IMG/VR virus record: IMGVR_UViG_3300031999_000006
Location: 32,622 to 96,621 of that record
DNA from: a virus
Taxonomy: Duplodnaviria; Caudoviricetes
Direction: 5' to 3' (one strand)
DNA: 64,000 nt
In this document: positions 19,818 through 29,891 of the stretch, in pieces
Layout: each line of letters opens with the position of its first letter
Position numbering within the stretch: the first letter of the stretch is position 1
Notes under the pieces: generated by a model
Databases searched by the model: none
Seen by the model: the letters and a program-made list of their open reading frames with translations, nothing else
Told to the model about the DNA's origin: nothing
Program-made: the position numbers and the translations under genes

Positions 19818-20162
19818 TTACTCCTGACACCGCCACACGGAAAAGGTTCCGTTGTGTAGATCCTCCATGACTTTATAGACATAATCCTCAACCTTGAACT
19901 CCTGGTTGCCCTGACCCGGTCGCCATACTCCTACATGGATAGGATGCCCACAGACATCTATATCTGGACGATCCAGACGGACAAGGTCAATAATGTCAAC
20001 CCCTGACTCCATTTTCACAAATGGATATGGTTTTAAACAAAGGAACTTAGGATCAATTTTCTCCCACGCATAGGCCTTAGGGAAGATGATCTTCAGACCT
20101 TTCTCCGAATCCGGACCAAGAAGATGTACCAACTGCCTAATCTGACTTGCACAAAGTCTCAT
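19818..20162 (-). CDS. Hypothetical protein
   Basis: ORF with SD between the polymerase and UvsY. Confidence 0.5.
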   Translation of the reverse strand: MRLCASQIRQLVHLLGPDSEKGLKIIFPKAYAWEKIDPKFLCLKPYPFVKMESGVDIIDLVRLDRPDIDVCGHPIHVGVWRPGQGNQEFKVEDYVYKVMEDLHNGTFSVWRCQE

Positions 20163-20171
20163 ACTGTCCTC

Positions 20172-22769
20172 CTATTCAATTCCCACCAAAGCTCCCCAGT
20201 TTGTCCCGATGGCCACGTCGACTTTGATTGGAACATTGACCCACGGATGGTCAAATCTCTCCATCTGATCATAGATCATCAGTAGCATCTCGGGAACTTC
20301 ATTCTCTGGGCAGTCAAAAAGAATCATGTCATGGACATTCATGACCATACACGACTCCATTCCCCTCTTCCGCATTAGCATCCACACACGACTCGCCGCA
20401 TCCAATACCAGATCACTAGCGGTACCTTGTATGGGTGCATTAACTCCTTCACGGAAAAGGGCTTCCCAACCAGCCTGGTCACGAACATTCTCCGTAGCAA
20501 AATATCGACGCCTTCCAAAAAAGGTTTCAACATAACCACGACTCCGAATCTGCTTCCGTATTGTATCAACATAACCTTTAATCCCAGTATACTTGGTATA
20601 GAAGGCCTCAATCTTTTTATCTGCTTCCCGCATTGATATCTTTAACTGCTTAGACAGACCATGTGCAGACTCACCATAGACAATTCCGAAGTTTACACTC
20701 TTTGCCTCAACCCTTTGCTTTGCTTTAGCCAACTCAGATAGATCATCATTGGGTCCGAAGATAGCCATCCGAGTCACCTCATGGATATCCTCACCACTCC
20801 TAAAGGCATCAATCAACGCCTGGTCATGCGAGTACATGGCTAGTACCCGAAGCTCCATTTGGGAATAGTCAACCTCGACAAACAATCCCCTCTTTGATCG
20901 AAACACCGGACGAATCTCTTTCGGTATGTTCTGGAAGTTTGGCTTTTGACACGATGGACGACCAGTTGCCGTTCTGGTTAACATATACTCACCCCTAACC
21001 ACACCATCGATGTTTAACTTTGTATAAGGAATGAGATAGGTACTAATAATTTTTGCTGTCGTACGATACTTCAATAAGTCAGTGACAAAGGGGTGCTTAC
21101 CCTTAATCGTCTCTAATGCCTCTTCATCCACTGACATCTTTTGTGTCTTTTTTGTTTTCTTTTCCGAGACAAGCTTCATCTCCTCCAAGATAGAACGAAG
21201 ATGGGAACCTGAATTAAAGTTTACATCCCTCTGAAGTTTCTCAGCAACCGTTCTCACCTCTTTATAGGAGGCCAACTTGTTGAATAGAGTACACGCCTCT
21301 TTGTTATACTCCTGATAGGTTTCCTCAAGTACCTTAAGGTCCAGAGTCACACCCTCCAACTCCATCTCAATGAGAGTATAAACCGCCTTCGTCAAGATTG
21401 TGATGAGGAACTCAAAGGCTGTGGGTGACAATCTTTTCTCATATATCATCGCCAACTCATCACCAACAAAAGTATCCATCGTATTGTAGTTGGCAATCTT
21501 TTCCAAACTTTCCTCAACTAAGTTACTAGCATCAATGTCCCACCCACCATGGTCCGTAAACTTCCACGCGCACTGATGAAGTCCCTGAGGACTATGCTTT
21601 CCTTCCAAAAGGAAAACCGCCAGTTGAGTATCAAGCCAGAGGTTTGTTGATCTAACCCCATAGATGGCCTGCATGAACTTAAGATCAAACTTTGCATTCT
21701 GGGCAACCATCTTAACTCGAGAGTCAATAAAAAGAGGACTAACTATCTTCGCTATTTCTTTGTGATAATCAAGATTGGGACTTTCACGATGGTTCATTGG
21801 TATCCACCAAGTCGGACCATTACGCAAAGTGAAGGACATAGACACAATTACAGCATCAGGAGCCAGTGGGTCAAAACCTGATGACTCAACGTCGAAGGTC
21901 ACAATTGCACCCTCATCTCTTTTGTTGGCCTCATCCAGAATTGACTTCACCATCGCTTCTGTCTTATCGCAATCATCAACTATATTATAAGGGATCTTGT
22001 GTTCCGAATCAAGAAATACTTTGATCTTGCGCATCTCCTCAAGATACATCGCATCGTGACGCTGTCTTTGATCACGCAGAATATATGAAGGATGATACAT
22101 CACATAGAACCGACGACCATCCTTGAGGAAACCATGGCCGTGAGCGGCACCCACATGCCAGCGCCCCAGAAGAGTATCGAGTGGTGTGTTGCCTAAGAGA
22201 ACGATCAACTTTCCGTGGAACCTCTGTAGGTCCTCCTCAAGATACCGGGAACAGCAAGCAATCTCCACTGCCTCAGGTGGACGATTAGAAGGCACCACCT
22301 CATAGGGACGATCCTTGACTGGAGGCCGGCATCGGACAGTATTCACAAAAGCACAGTCCTCCTCAACTAGTCCGGCAAGCCGTATGAACTTGCGAAGGCA
22401 TCGGCCGGCCGGTCCAACAAACGGAATACCCTTCTCAACTTCCTCCACACCAGGTGCCTCACCAACGAATAGAACGCTCGCCGTCCCAATGTTCTCAGAG
22501 GCCTTGACTTCATTCTTCTTGACTCCCTTGCCCAGTGGGCACCTCAAGCAAGAGTCGACTCCAGAAGAAGATGACCGAGATTTGGATGGTGGACGAACCG
22601 GACGAAGTGCCTCCTCAACAAGCATTTGTTTAATCTCTTCCAATGTATATAGTCTATACTCATAACGCCGATTACGTGATATCCTAAGACCAAACTCATC
22701 CGTAATCTCACGAGGAGACAGTTTCTCCAACTCAGGGAAGAAGACCATCGTATCGTTACGTTTTTTCAC
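20172..22769 (-). CDS. Family A DNA polymerase with N-terminal family-4 uracil-DNA glycosylase domain and 3'-5' exonuclease
   Basis: UDG: VGEAPG..E...PFVGPAG, NTVRCRPP, YHPSY. Exonuclease: FDVESSG, QNAKFD. Polymerase: TATGR, DYSQMELR, KSVNFGIVYG, NAPIQGTASD, VHD. Confidence 0.93.
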   Translation of the reverse strand: MKKRNDTMVFFPELEKLSPREITDEFGLRISRNRRYEYRLYTLEEIKQMLVEEALRPVRPPSKSRSSSSGVDSCLRCPLGKGVKKNEVKASENIGTASVLFVGEAPGVEEVEKGIPFVGPAGRCLRKFIRLAGLVEEDCAFVNTVRCRPPVKDRPYEVVPSNRPPEAVEIACCSRYLEEDLQRFHGKLIVLLGNTPLDTLLGRWHVGAAHGHGFLKDGRRFYVMYHPSYILRDQRQRHDAMYLEEMRKIKVFLDSEHKIPYNIVDDCDKTEAMVKSILDEANKRDEGAIVTFDVESSGFDPLAPDAVIVSMSFTLRNGPTWWIPMNHRESPNLDYHKEIAKIVSPLFIDSRVKMVAQNAKFDLKFMQAIYGVRSTNLWLDTQLAVFLLEGKHSPQGLHQCAWKFTDHGGWDIDASNLVEESLEKIANYNTMDTFVGDELAMIYEKRLSPTAFEFLITILTKAVYTLIEMELEGVTLDLKVLEETYQEYNKEACTLFNKLASYKEVRTVAEKLQRDVNFNSGSHLRSILEEMKLVSEKKTKKTQKMSVDEEALETIKGKHPFVTDLLKYRTTAKIISTYLIPYTKLNIDGVVRGEYMLTRTATGRPSCQKPNFQNIPKEIRPVFRSKRGLFVEVDYSQMELRVLAMYSHDQALIDAFRSGEDIHEVTRMAIFGPNDDLSELAKAKQRVEAKSVNFGIVYGESAHGLSKQLKISMREADKKIEAFYTKYTGIKGYVDTIRKQIRSRGYVETFFGRRRYFATENVRDQAGWEALFREGVNAPIQGTASDLVLDAASRVWMLMRKRGMESCMVMNVHDMILFDCPENEVPEMLLMIYDQMERFDHPWVNVPIKVDVAIGTNWGALVGIE

Positions 22770-23784
22770 TATCTAATCCCTCAAACATATTTGACGCTTC
22801 CAGCTGAAGATAGAGATCCCACACTGACGCCTTACCCGTCTTCTTCCTTTCCTGATTGACCCAGTCCTCGAACTTCGTCCATGACCGGAAACAGGCCTCA
22901 ACACGAAGCCAAAAGTTCTTCGACAACTCATCCATAGTCGATTCTATTCCAACCTTCTTAAGTTGGGAAACCAGATAGTTATCCTGAACGCTCGCGGCCA
23001 TGACCGCGCCTTGACGGGCTCGAATAGGAGAAACTGAAACAACCATGACTTTTTTCTTATCCTTCTTATCCTCATCGAACAAATAGATATGACCATAACC
23101 AGCCGACTTCGTGATTGTTGCGTCCACTGAATACCAAGGAAAGTCACCAAGTACATCTGGCATACAAAGGCCAAGCATATGAACCTTCCCACGATAATTA
23201 TACTCACGAAATCGCTCAAACAAATGACTGAACGCCTCTTTCTTCAGCGTTGAACCCTTAATCTTTCCTGACATACCACCCAACGCTATATACTGACAAC
23301 CAGCATCCACCATTCGCTTCAACCATTGATCATTCTCACCATAGTGAAAGATAGGAACAATAAAATCTAGGCCTTTCTTCTCAGTTAAGTAAATGTAATT
23401 ATTGAATGATTCTGCGGCGGCGCGTTCAACCTCAAGTCTCGCCGCCTCTCCACTAAGATCCCGGGACTTAGGAATAACATCAAGATTAAACGCATGAAGA
23501 GTTTGAAAGTTATCCTCATCACGAAACTTTTTAAGATAGTCAGCATAGAAGTCAATGTTAACTTCCTGCCCTAAAGTCATAACAGTAAACGCACCGGAGT
23601 CCACAAACAAGTCCATCTTCTTTGTATACTCCTTACCAAGCGTGGCTGTAAGCTTCTCAAGTGGGCCCTTATACGCAAAGCTTGACAAGACTCTCCTAAA
23701 TACCCCCGCCTTTGCATACTCCACCAGACGCCCCATACCTTCAGAGGTCATAACAAAGAAAACTTTGAAGGTTAGATCTCTCAT
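22756..23784 (-). CDS. dpdA: TGT-fold transglycosylase, DpdA-like (7-deazaguanine insertion into DNA)
   Basis: LFVDSGAFT, NLDVIP, PIFHYGE, IALGG, KVHMLG, YSVDAT; lies within the que gene cluster. Confidence 0.7.
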   Translation of the reverse strand: MRDLTFKVFFVMTSEGMGRLVEYAKAGVFRRVLSSFAYKGPLEKLTATLGKEYTKKMDLFVDSGAFTVMTLGQEVNIDFYADYLKKFRDEDNFQTLHAFNLDVIPKSRDLSGEAARLEVERAAAESFNNYIYLTEKKGLDFIVPIFHYGENDQWLKRMVDAGCQYIALGGMSGKIKGSTLKKEAFSHLFERFREYNYRGKVHMLGLCMPDVLGDFPWYSVDATITKSAGYGHIYLFDEDKKDKKKVMVVSVSPIRARQGAVMAASVQDNYLVSQLKKVGIESTMDELSKNFWLRVEACFRSWTKFEDWVNQERKKTGKASVWDLYLQLEASNMFEGLDSEKT

Positions 23785-24920
23785 CTTATTGATCCCACCT
23801 TCCAACCAATGTAATGTTCTTCACTCGTGCCTGGAGTATAAGCATAGATACACCGACCAGGAACAATAACAAATCTGGAATATCGCTCAATAGCGGTTAA
23901 CAAAAAGTCCGAATGTATTCTAACCTTTTCAAAGTCTGGGCATCCCCTAAGAGGAAGAGTAATGGTCATATTCTTTCCAGAGGACGCCTGAAGAAGGATG
24001 GGAATAATAGTAAGGATACCATCTTTAGCACTGATCTCAGCGTCTGAATACTCCATAGCATCCTTAAAAAGTAAGGCCACTCCAGATAAATCCGTTCCTA
24101 ACAGTTCCTTCGGAAAGTCAAACTTAATCTCTGCCTTATCTATCTCTTCATTGAGTGTATCCAAAAGATGATTATGCGCAGGCATAAGAAAAGAGACACC
24201 CGTTACAAATACCAGAAATCCTTCCTCCTTATTGACGTCAACACCAAAGTCAAATACCACAAAACCTTCAGAAGTTACCCCCAACCGTTCCAATTTATAC
24301 TTAGGTCGAATAAGTTGCTCAACTACCTCTGCCGACATAAAGAAATCTTGATCAATGCCCTTCAAAGGTTCATCTAGAGTATAACGAGTCACTCTATAAT
24401 TGTCAGAGGCGATCAACGCATTCTGATCCTTGACAAACCAGATCCCGCAGAATGCCGGCTGATAAGTATTCTTTGACATACAAAAAGATAATGACTTAAG
24501 TGCGGCAAGAAACTCTTGTCCAGGACACTCCTTAATTTGGCCAAGAAGACTTTCAGGTGTTACAATCCCCATTGACTCAACCAAATCGACTTCACCATGA
24601 AAGTGCCCAATACTAAAACCAAGAGTTTGATCAGTAATAGTAAAGATAATCTCCTTATCGAGATGCCCAGACAATAGTCCCCAAATCTTTTTTGTAGCAC
24701 CAACAGGGAGGCCAACAGTGTGATAGTTCTCCTTCAAGTCCAGCACCCTATCCTTACATGCCGCCCCTCCCCAAAGCTGGGACGCAATGACATAAGATTG
24801 GTGAAAAATAAACACACACGAGGTGGGAAGAATGTTGGTTGGAGAAGAGAAGTCAAAAAGAATATCCATAAGTTTCTTAAGTGTCTTCGCCTTCTTGCTT
24901 ATTGTAATTACTTCATCCAT
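23781..24920 (-). CDS. DNA sliding clamp (beta/DnaN-like), divergent
   Basis: ~380 aa; PTNILP near the N-terminus, FCMSK..QPAFCGIWF...LIASDNYRV resembling the DnaN ATDGHRL region. Confidence 0.6.
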   Translation of the reverse strand: MDEVITISKKAKTLKKLMDILFDFSSPTNILPTSCVFIFHQSYVIASQLWGGAACKDRVLDLKENYHTVGLPVGATKKIWGLLSGHLDKEIIFTITDQTLGFSIGHFHGEVDLVESMGIVTPESLLGQIKECPGQEFLAALKSLSFCMSKNTYQPAFCGIWFVKDQNALIASDNYRVTRYTLDEPLKGIDQDFFMSAEVVEQLIRPKYKLERLGVTSEGFVVFDFGVDVNKEEGFLVFVTGVSFLMPAHNHLLDTLNEEIDKAEIKFDFPKELLGTDLSGVALLFKDAMEYSDAEISAKDGILTIIPILLQASSGKNMTITLPLRGCPDFEKVRIHSDFLLTAIERYSRFVIVPGRCIYAYTPGTSEEHYIGWKVGSIR

Positions 24921-25630
24921 AGTTCATGCCTCCTTAAAACTACTTCAATTTCACGAGCACGCTCTATATCATACTCGCCTGCCTTAATTCTTTTGATGTA
25001 GCCCGGTATGCCCGACCACTCTTTGATATCTGCACGAAGGGCAAGACTCAATCCATTATTCTCAAAGGCTATCCATCGCCTGAAACAGGCGGCGCACTCT
25101 CCGCAAGGAACCTTTGTTGAGTCCGATCCAAAGCAAGAGAACGACTTATAGAGAACATCGACCGGACACTTTTCGTTGCCTTGATCAAGGTACCACTTGA
25201 TCATGCCTGACTTTGTCATACCTTGGAAAGGACTGTCCACCACGATCCTTCGCTCATTAAGGAAAGATAGCATCTCTGACGCCTTATCCAGGAACTCAGG
25301 CGAACGATCAGGAATGGACTGCTCACCTTTTTGGAAAACCAAGTAAATGTCATCCCCGTAAAGTGCACCAATCATGGCAAGGAAAAGATTACGCATTGGG
25401 ATATAGGCATCAGGTGCTTCCTGATCACCGAGGTACAATCGTTTCTCAATGATCAAGTCCATGCCCAATCTTTTCGCAAGACTCATGGAAGTGAAGTATT
25501 CCGATGCTCCGTAGCGGTGACCCAAGTGGACATGAACTGCCTTTGGCTTGCCCAAAACAAACCAGGCAATCAATGAGTCAAGCCCCCCGCTAAACATCAG
25601 AACAGGACGTCTGCTTTTTGCCATGATCAA
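24908..25630 (-). CDS. queC: QueC-family PP-loop ATPase (stand-alone)
   Basis: FSGGLDS, YIPMRNLFLA, PDRSPEF, MTKS, SCF...CGECAACFRR. Confidence 0.82.
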   Translation of the reverse strand: MIMAKSRRPVLMFSGGLDSLIAWFVLGKPKAVHVHLGHRYGASEYFTSMSLAKRLGMDLIIEKRLYLGDQEAPDAYIPMRNLFLAMIGALYGDDIYLVFQKGEQSIPDRSPEFLDKASEMLSFLNERRIVVDSPFQGMTKSGMIKWYLDQGNEKCPVDVLYKSFSCFGSDSTKVPCGECAACFRRWIAFENNGLSLALRADIKEWSGIPGYIKRIKAGEYDIERAREIEVVLRRHELWMK

Positions 25631-27252
25631 TTCCTTGGACCCATCAGAAGATCGGCCAACTTATCGTAGTCCTTTTTACTAGGCAGTTTAATTCGGCGAA
25701 CCAGATCGGCATAGTCAACCTTGCCTTTACTTCCTTTGGTAATCCTCTTTTCCATGACGGGCAGTCCCTCCAAGTCATAAAACTGTCTTGGATCTTCAAC
25801 ACCAGCCATCTCAGCCGCCCAGATGCTAAGAAGAGTTGAACCGCACTGCCGGCATAAGAAGATCTCTCCCTTTTCCGATACATAGGGCTGGTCACAACTT
25901 ACTGTCATCCCAAAGGGAAAGTCTAGCTCCTTACCAAGGATCCACTCCTCGGACTTCATAATCTGTTGCATGACCGAAACGTAAGTGATGCGATCACCGA
26001 CTAGTGTTGAGTATTTAGTCATCTCCAGGAAGGCACGAACGAAGTACTCTGAGTTGTCAGGATAGAAGCCCTCCTCGGTGAGGTTACTCATTCCGGTAAC
26101 GAGGTGAACTCGATCCGACTTGTTACTCAGGATCTGCTGTTCCGCCAACGAGGCAAGGATGGATAGGAAAATTGCGTTGCGATTGCTCACCCACGCAGTC
26201 GTTGTCTTGATGTAACTCTCCGTCCCTGTCTCGATAGGAATGGTCGGTCTAATCAATGACGAAGGATCCCCCTTGAAGATGTTCTGTAAATCAATGCCGA
26301 CCCACTCCGAGCCCATGTAATCAGCAAGACGCCTGGAGGCCAAACTCTCTGCCTCCCAGCCCCGCTGACCATAGTTGAAGTTCACCAGAGTCACTCGGTA
26401 TCCCAGGCGCCTCATGACAAACGCGGACAGGCCACTATCAATCCCGCCGGAAGAGGAGACCAGGACAGACTCGCTATTGATCTTCACTGATGGCTTCCAT
26501 ACCGGATGGTATCGGTTGGGTTGGAAGGTCATGATCCTTTCCATCCCACTATCAAGATCAATCTCCCGAATGGTGTTTCCATCCTGCCAATGATAATACC
26601 AATCCTCCCACACATTCATTCCGCAACGCGGGGAGTCGGTGATCTTCCTAGTTACTGATTCGATCACGTCAAGACATGAGTGAAGTATAACCCCCTTTCC
26701 TCTGATACAACAGATTGCCAAAGGTTTGAAGTCATTGACACAGAACAGACGATTAGCTTCTTGATCATAGAGAAGAAAAGCAAACCCACCCACCATCTCC
26801 CCCATAACTTTCTCCATATTATGACTCGTTTGATAGGACTTGAGAATAACTTCACTATCAATCTTTGTTTGATAGTTGGAGTATTTGTCCACCACGAAAT
26901 TTGCCACTGAACCATTATGGGAAAGAATCAGCGCCCCCTCCTTTGTATATACAATCGGCTGAAGATTCTTATCTGAACTTTCAACTTCAGTCTCTGGTTG
27001 GGCACGGAAGTTCGCAATGATCAAACTACCCTTTACCGGGGCAGGATCCATCAACCAATTCTTAACCGCCCACTTGTCAATAGAATAGGTCTTCGTGGAC
27101 TTAAAGGTCAGTATCTCTTTCTTCCGGACATCAGGAACCAGAGCGATACCAAAGCCATCCTGTCCTCTATTCTCCGCCGCAGAGAACAACGCATCGTACG
27201 TATCCCAATCAAAGACCCCATCCCGATTCCAAACGCCCACTATGCCACACAT
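25627..27252 (-). CDS. gat-queC: Gat-QueC fusion (class II glutamine amidotransferase + QueC), archaeosine-synthase type
   Basis: N-terminal MCGIVG, RGQDGFG, HNG, IDSE; C-terminal SSGGIDS, NYGQR, RNAIFLS, YPDN, SC...CRQCGS. Confidence 0.85.
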   Translation of the reverse strand: MCGIVGVWNRDGVFDWDTYDALFSAAENRGQDGFGIALVPDVRKKEILTFKSTKTYSIDKWAVKNWLMDPAPVKGSLIIANFRAQPETEVESSDKNLQPIVYTKEGALILSHNGSVANFVVDKYSNYQTKIDSEVILKSYQTSHNMEKVMGEMVGGFAFLLYDQEANRLFCVNDFKPLAICCIRGKGVILHSCLDVIESVTRKITDSPRCGMNVWEDWYYHWQDGNTIREIDLDSGMERIMTFQPNRYHPVWKPSVKINSESVLVSSSGGIDSGLSAFVMRRLGYRVTLVNFNYGQRGWEAESLASRRLADYMGSEWVGIDLQNIFKGDPSSLIRPTIPIETGTESYIKTTTAWVSNRNAIFLSILASLAEQQILSNKSDRVHLVTGMSNLTEEGFYPDNSEYFVRAFLEMTKYSTLVGDRITYVSVMQQIMKSEEWILGKELDFPFGMTVSCDQPYVSEKGEIFLCRQCGSTLLSIWAAEMAGVEDPRQFYDLEGLPVMEKRITKGSKGKVDYADLVRRIKLPSKKDYDKLADLLMGPRN

Positions 27253-27253
27253 C

Positions 27254-27448
27254 CTACTTCCCCTCTGGTATTAACTTTGACAAAGAGGCAACCAACGATT
27301 CGAATGCCCCCCGCATTGCTTTATCGGCTCCCCGTGCCTTTATAACATGAGCAACTGCATGATAAGTTCCCTTCCCATCTACATAATAAAAGCAGGGATA
27401 GTGTCGTTTTGTTTGGGGTGCCTGCTCAAGATAAATAAGTTGCACCAT
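27254..27448 (-). CDS. Hypothetical protein
   Basis: ORF with GGAGG SD. Confidence 0.45.
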   Translation of the reverse strand: MVQLIYLEQAPQTKRHYPCFYYVDGKGTYHAVAHVIKARGADKAMRGAFESLVASLSKLIPEGK

Positions 27449-27457
27449 TGTTTCCTC

Positions 27458-28162
27458 CTACAGAGACTTTCCTCCGTCTATGATCAAGTCTTGACCAGTG
27501 ATATAGTCACCTGCCTTTGAGCACAGGAAAGCGACCAACTCGGCAACCTCCTCAGGTTTGGCTTCTCTCTTCTTTGGAATTGACTGTACCAAATGCTCAG
27601 GTGTGGGTTGATTGATGTTCACAAGATTAGTAGGTGCAACAAAGCCTGGTGATACTGAGTTGATACAAAGAGTCGGGAATAATTTGGCAAGTGACTTAGT
27701 GAGCATAATCAAACCTGCCTTACTCACACAGTACTCGACTATGTCAATGTCCGCCTCCGCCCGACTGCCTGAGATTGAAGCGATGTTGATGATCCTTCCC
27801 CCCCCAGGCATCTTCTCAATAACTGCCTGGGACAGAAAGAACGGAGCCCGAAGATTCGTATCCAAGACCCGATTGTATTCACTTATCCCCACTACTCCGA
27901 ACTTGTGAAACGGCATCACTCCAGCATTGTTAACCAAGATGTCGATAGTTTGTCTACCCAACTCTCGACAGACATGCTCAAGATCAACACCAATGGAGAG
28001 GTCGGTCGCCACCTGGTCAAGGTTGCAAGGTGACGGTACCCTATCCTTAGGAATGAAGGAACGACCAACGTGTATGAACTTAGCATTTGGAAACTCGTCA
28101 TTGAGTCGAGTAAGGATTGCCAAGCCGATACCTTGACTAGCTCCGGTGATAATTATTCTCAT
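27458..28162 (-). CDS. Short-chain dehydrogenase/reductase
   Basis: TGASQGIG, NNAG, YCVSK, SPG, ITGQ..IDGG. Confidence 0.9.
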   Translation of the reverse strand: MRIIITGASQGIGLAILTRLNDEFPNAKFIHVGRSFIPKDRVPSPCNLDQVATDLSIGVDLEHVCRELGRQTIDILVNNAGVMPFHKFGVVGISEYNRVLDTNLRAPFFLSQAVIEKMPGGGRIINIASISGSRAEADIDIVEYCVSKAGLIMLTKSLAKLFPTLCINSVSPGFVAPTNLVNINQPTPEHLVQSIPKKREAKPEEVAELVAFLCSKAGDYITGQDLIIDGGKSL

Positions 28163-28174
28163 TTCTTTTTCTCC

Positions 28175-28876
28175 TCACTTCATAAACCAATCTCGGTCCT
28201 CTAAAAAGTTATTAATTGTTCCTCCCACAACGAAAGGAGCCAACAACATATCTTCTACAAAGTCTTGTACCTTCTCGAGTACAAAACCAACACGATAATG
28301 TCTCGGGGTAGTGGGCTCACAAAATCTTAACCTCTCCACCACCTCAAAACCAAACGAACGGGTATATCTACAAAAGGACAGCTCATCCACAGTCTGTGCC
28401 ATTGGGAGAATGGTACTAGAAACAGTATCAACTACAAGGTACCCACCAACCTTGAGTACTCGATTGCACTCAATAAGGGATTCAACCAGACTCCTGACAA
28501 AGCACAGAACACCCCAGACAATTACACAGTCAAAAAAGTTACTGGTAAAGGGGATGTTTTCACAAAATCCTTGCTCTACCGGTTTCCCTTTTGCACAAGC
28601 ATTCTGAAACTTTACTTCGTTCGGTTCCACTCCGTGTGTAATAAAAGGCAGTTGATCAAAAGTAAACCCCGAACCACAGCCAACATCCAAAACAAAACGA
28701 CCAGTCCAACCATTTGGAAAGCGTTGGCATACGTCATTCAACTCCCGCAAGAGGACTGGGGAACCACTGACAACCCCCTTGTACAGTTCGTTATTCTGTA
28801 TCTGATCATCGAATGCATCTCGATTGATCAAACTATCCAAGCGGGCCAAAAGTTCAAGATTGTAACTTTTTATCAT
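28175..28876 (-). CDS. Class I SAM-dependent methyltransferase
   Basis: VLDVGCGSG, GVEP, IPF..NFFD, RVLKVGG. Confidence 0.88.
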   Translation of the reverse strand: MIKSYNLELLARLDSLINRDAFDDQIQNNELYKGVVSGSPVLLRELNDVCQRFPNGWTGRFVLDVGCGSGFTFDQLPFITHGVEPNEVKFQNACAKGKPVEQGFCENIPFTSNFFDCVIVWGVLCFVRSLVESLIECNRVLKVGGYLVVDTVSSTILPMAQTVDELSFCRYTRSFGFEVVERLRFCEPTTPRHYRVGFVLEKVQDFVEDMLLAPFVVGGTINNFLEDRDWFMK

Positions 28877-29891
28877 ACTGTTCTCCTTTATAATATTTCG
28901 AGTCATGGAACTGAAAGACACCCATCCCAAATTCTTTTTGGTCGGTCTCGTAAAAGTGATCTGCCTGCCACCAGTAACTCCAGAAGCATCCCGGGCAATC
29001 TTGTCGATCTTGATCATTTGCGATTACAAAGTTGGAAAGGTTTTTCCTCACATCAAAAATCGAGAACTTAGGAGAGTGAGTGCCCCGCCGATAACCACAA
29101 CATCGCATCCGCCCATCAGCATCCACCGAATAGATCAGAGGCATCTTACAATGCCATGACATATCCATTCCATGCTTGATTGCATCGTCAAAGTATTCAG
29201 GTGGGTTTTGAACTTGGACGGTTCCTTTAATCACCTCTTCCTTGATCTTGAAGATGGAGTCCTCAAACCAAGACCTATCACTTTCCCGAAATACCAGATC
29301 AGGAATCTCCTCTGCCTTCGGGAAGAAATCGAAGCCACCGTCCTTATCCCAGTGAAGGAAGTTGATCGCCACCCAGATATCCTTGTCAGTCATCTGCTTT
29401 ACTGTAGCAAGTGCGTGTGCTAGTGTCTGACGAGATACCGTAAGTGTCCCATGCCTATCAGGGACTCCCAGAACCTTCGCCTCCTGAAGCGCAGAATAGG
29501 CACGACGTGACTTAATCTCCATGTCTCCCAATTTGACTTCTCGAGAGAAGTCCAGAATATCACATCCGCAACTCAGATTCTTGAGACCAGCCCGTACCAA
29601 GTCATACTTCAGTCGATCAAAAAGGCCAGGCGAGCAACTGCTGTACATAGCGTACGGCATCCTATCACCCAACCAACGAATGAAGTCAACAATACCTTGA
29701 ACCGCTAGAGGTTCGTTGCCTAGGATCAAGTGGAAAGAAACACCCAACTCCTCCAACTCCTCGAATGCCCTCTTCCACTGTGTGGTATCCATTTCCGATT
29801 CAGTCAACTTAGAATCCCGCAGACGGCAGTAGTCACACCGCATCGGACAGAACCGAGTCAGATAAACACAGGAGAATAGATACTTGTTCAT
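28854..29891 (-). CDS. Radical SAM protein with C-terminal Cys-containing (twitch/SPASM-like) region
   Basis: CPMRCDYC, GNEP, WHC...VDADGRMRCCG...CPGC. Confidence 0.85.
   Translation of the reverse strand: MNKYLFSCVYLTRFCPMRCDYCRLRDSKLTESEMDTTQWKRAFEELEELGVSFHLILGNEPLAVQGIVDFIRWLGDRMPYAMYSSCSPGLFDRLKYDLVRAGLKNLSCGCDILDFSREVKLGDMEIKSRRAYSALQEAKVLGVPDRHGTLTVSRQTLAHALATVKQMTDKDIWVAINFLHWDKDGGFDFFPKAEEIPDLVFRESDRSWFEDSIFKIKEEVIKGTVQVQNPPEYFDDAIKHGMDMSWHCKMPLIYSVDADGRMRCCGYRRGTHSPKFSIFDVRKNLSNFVIANDQDRQDCPGCFWSYWWQADHFYETDQKEFGMGVFQFHDSKYYKGEQYDKKLQS

Noticed and set aside
22756-27252. Host tRNA queuosine operon or CBASS type IV/Qat defence island
   Set aside because: No QueA, QueF, CD-NTase, QatA or TatD is present, and the genes are coupled to the phage polymerase and helicase, which fits DNA modification better.
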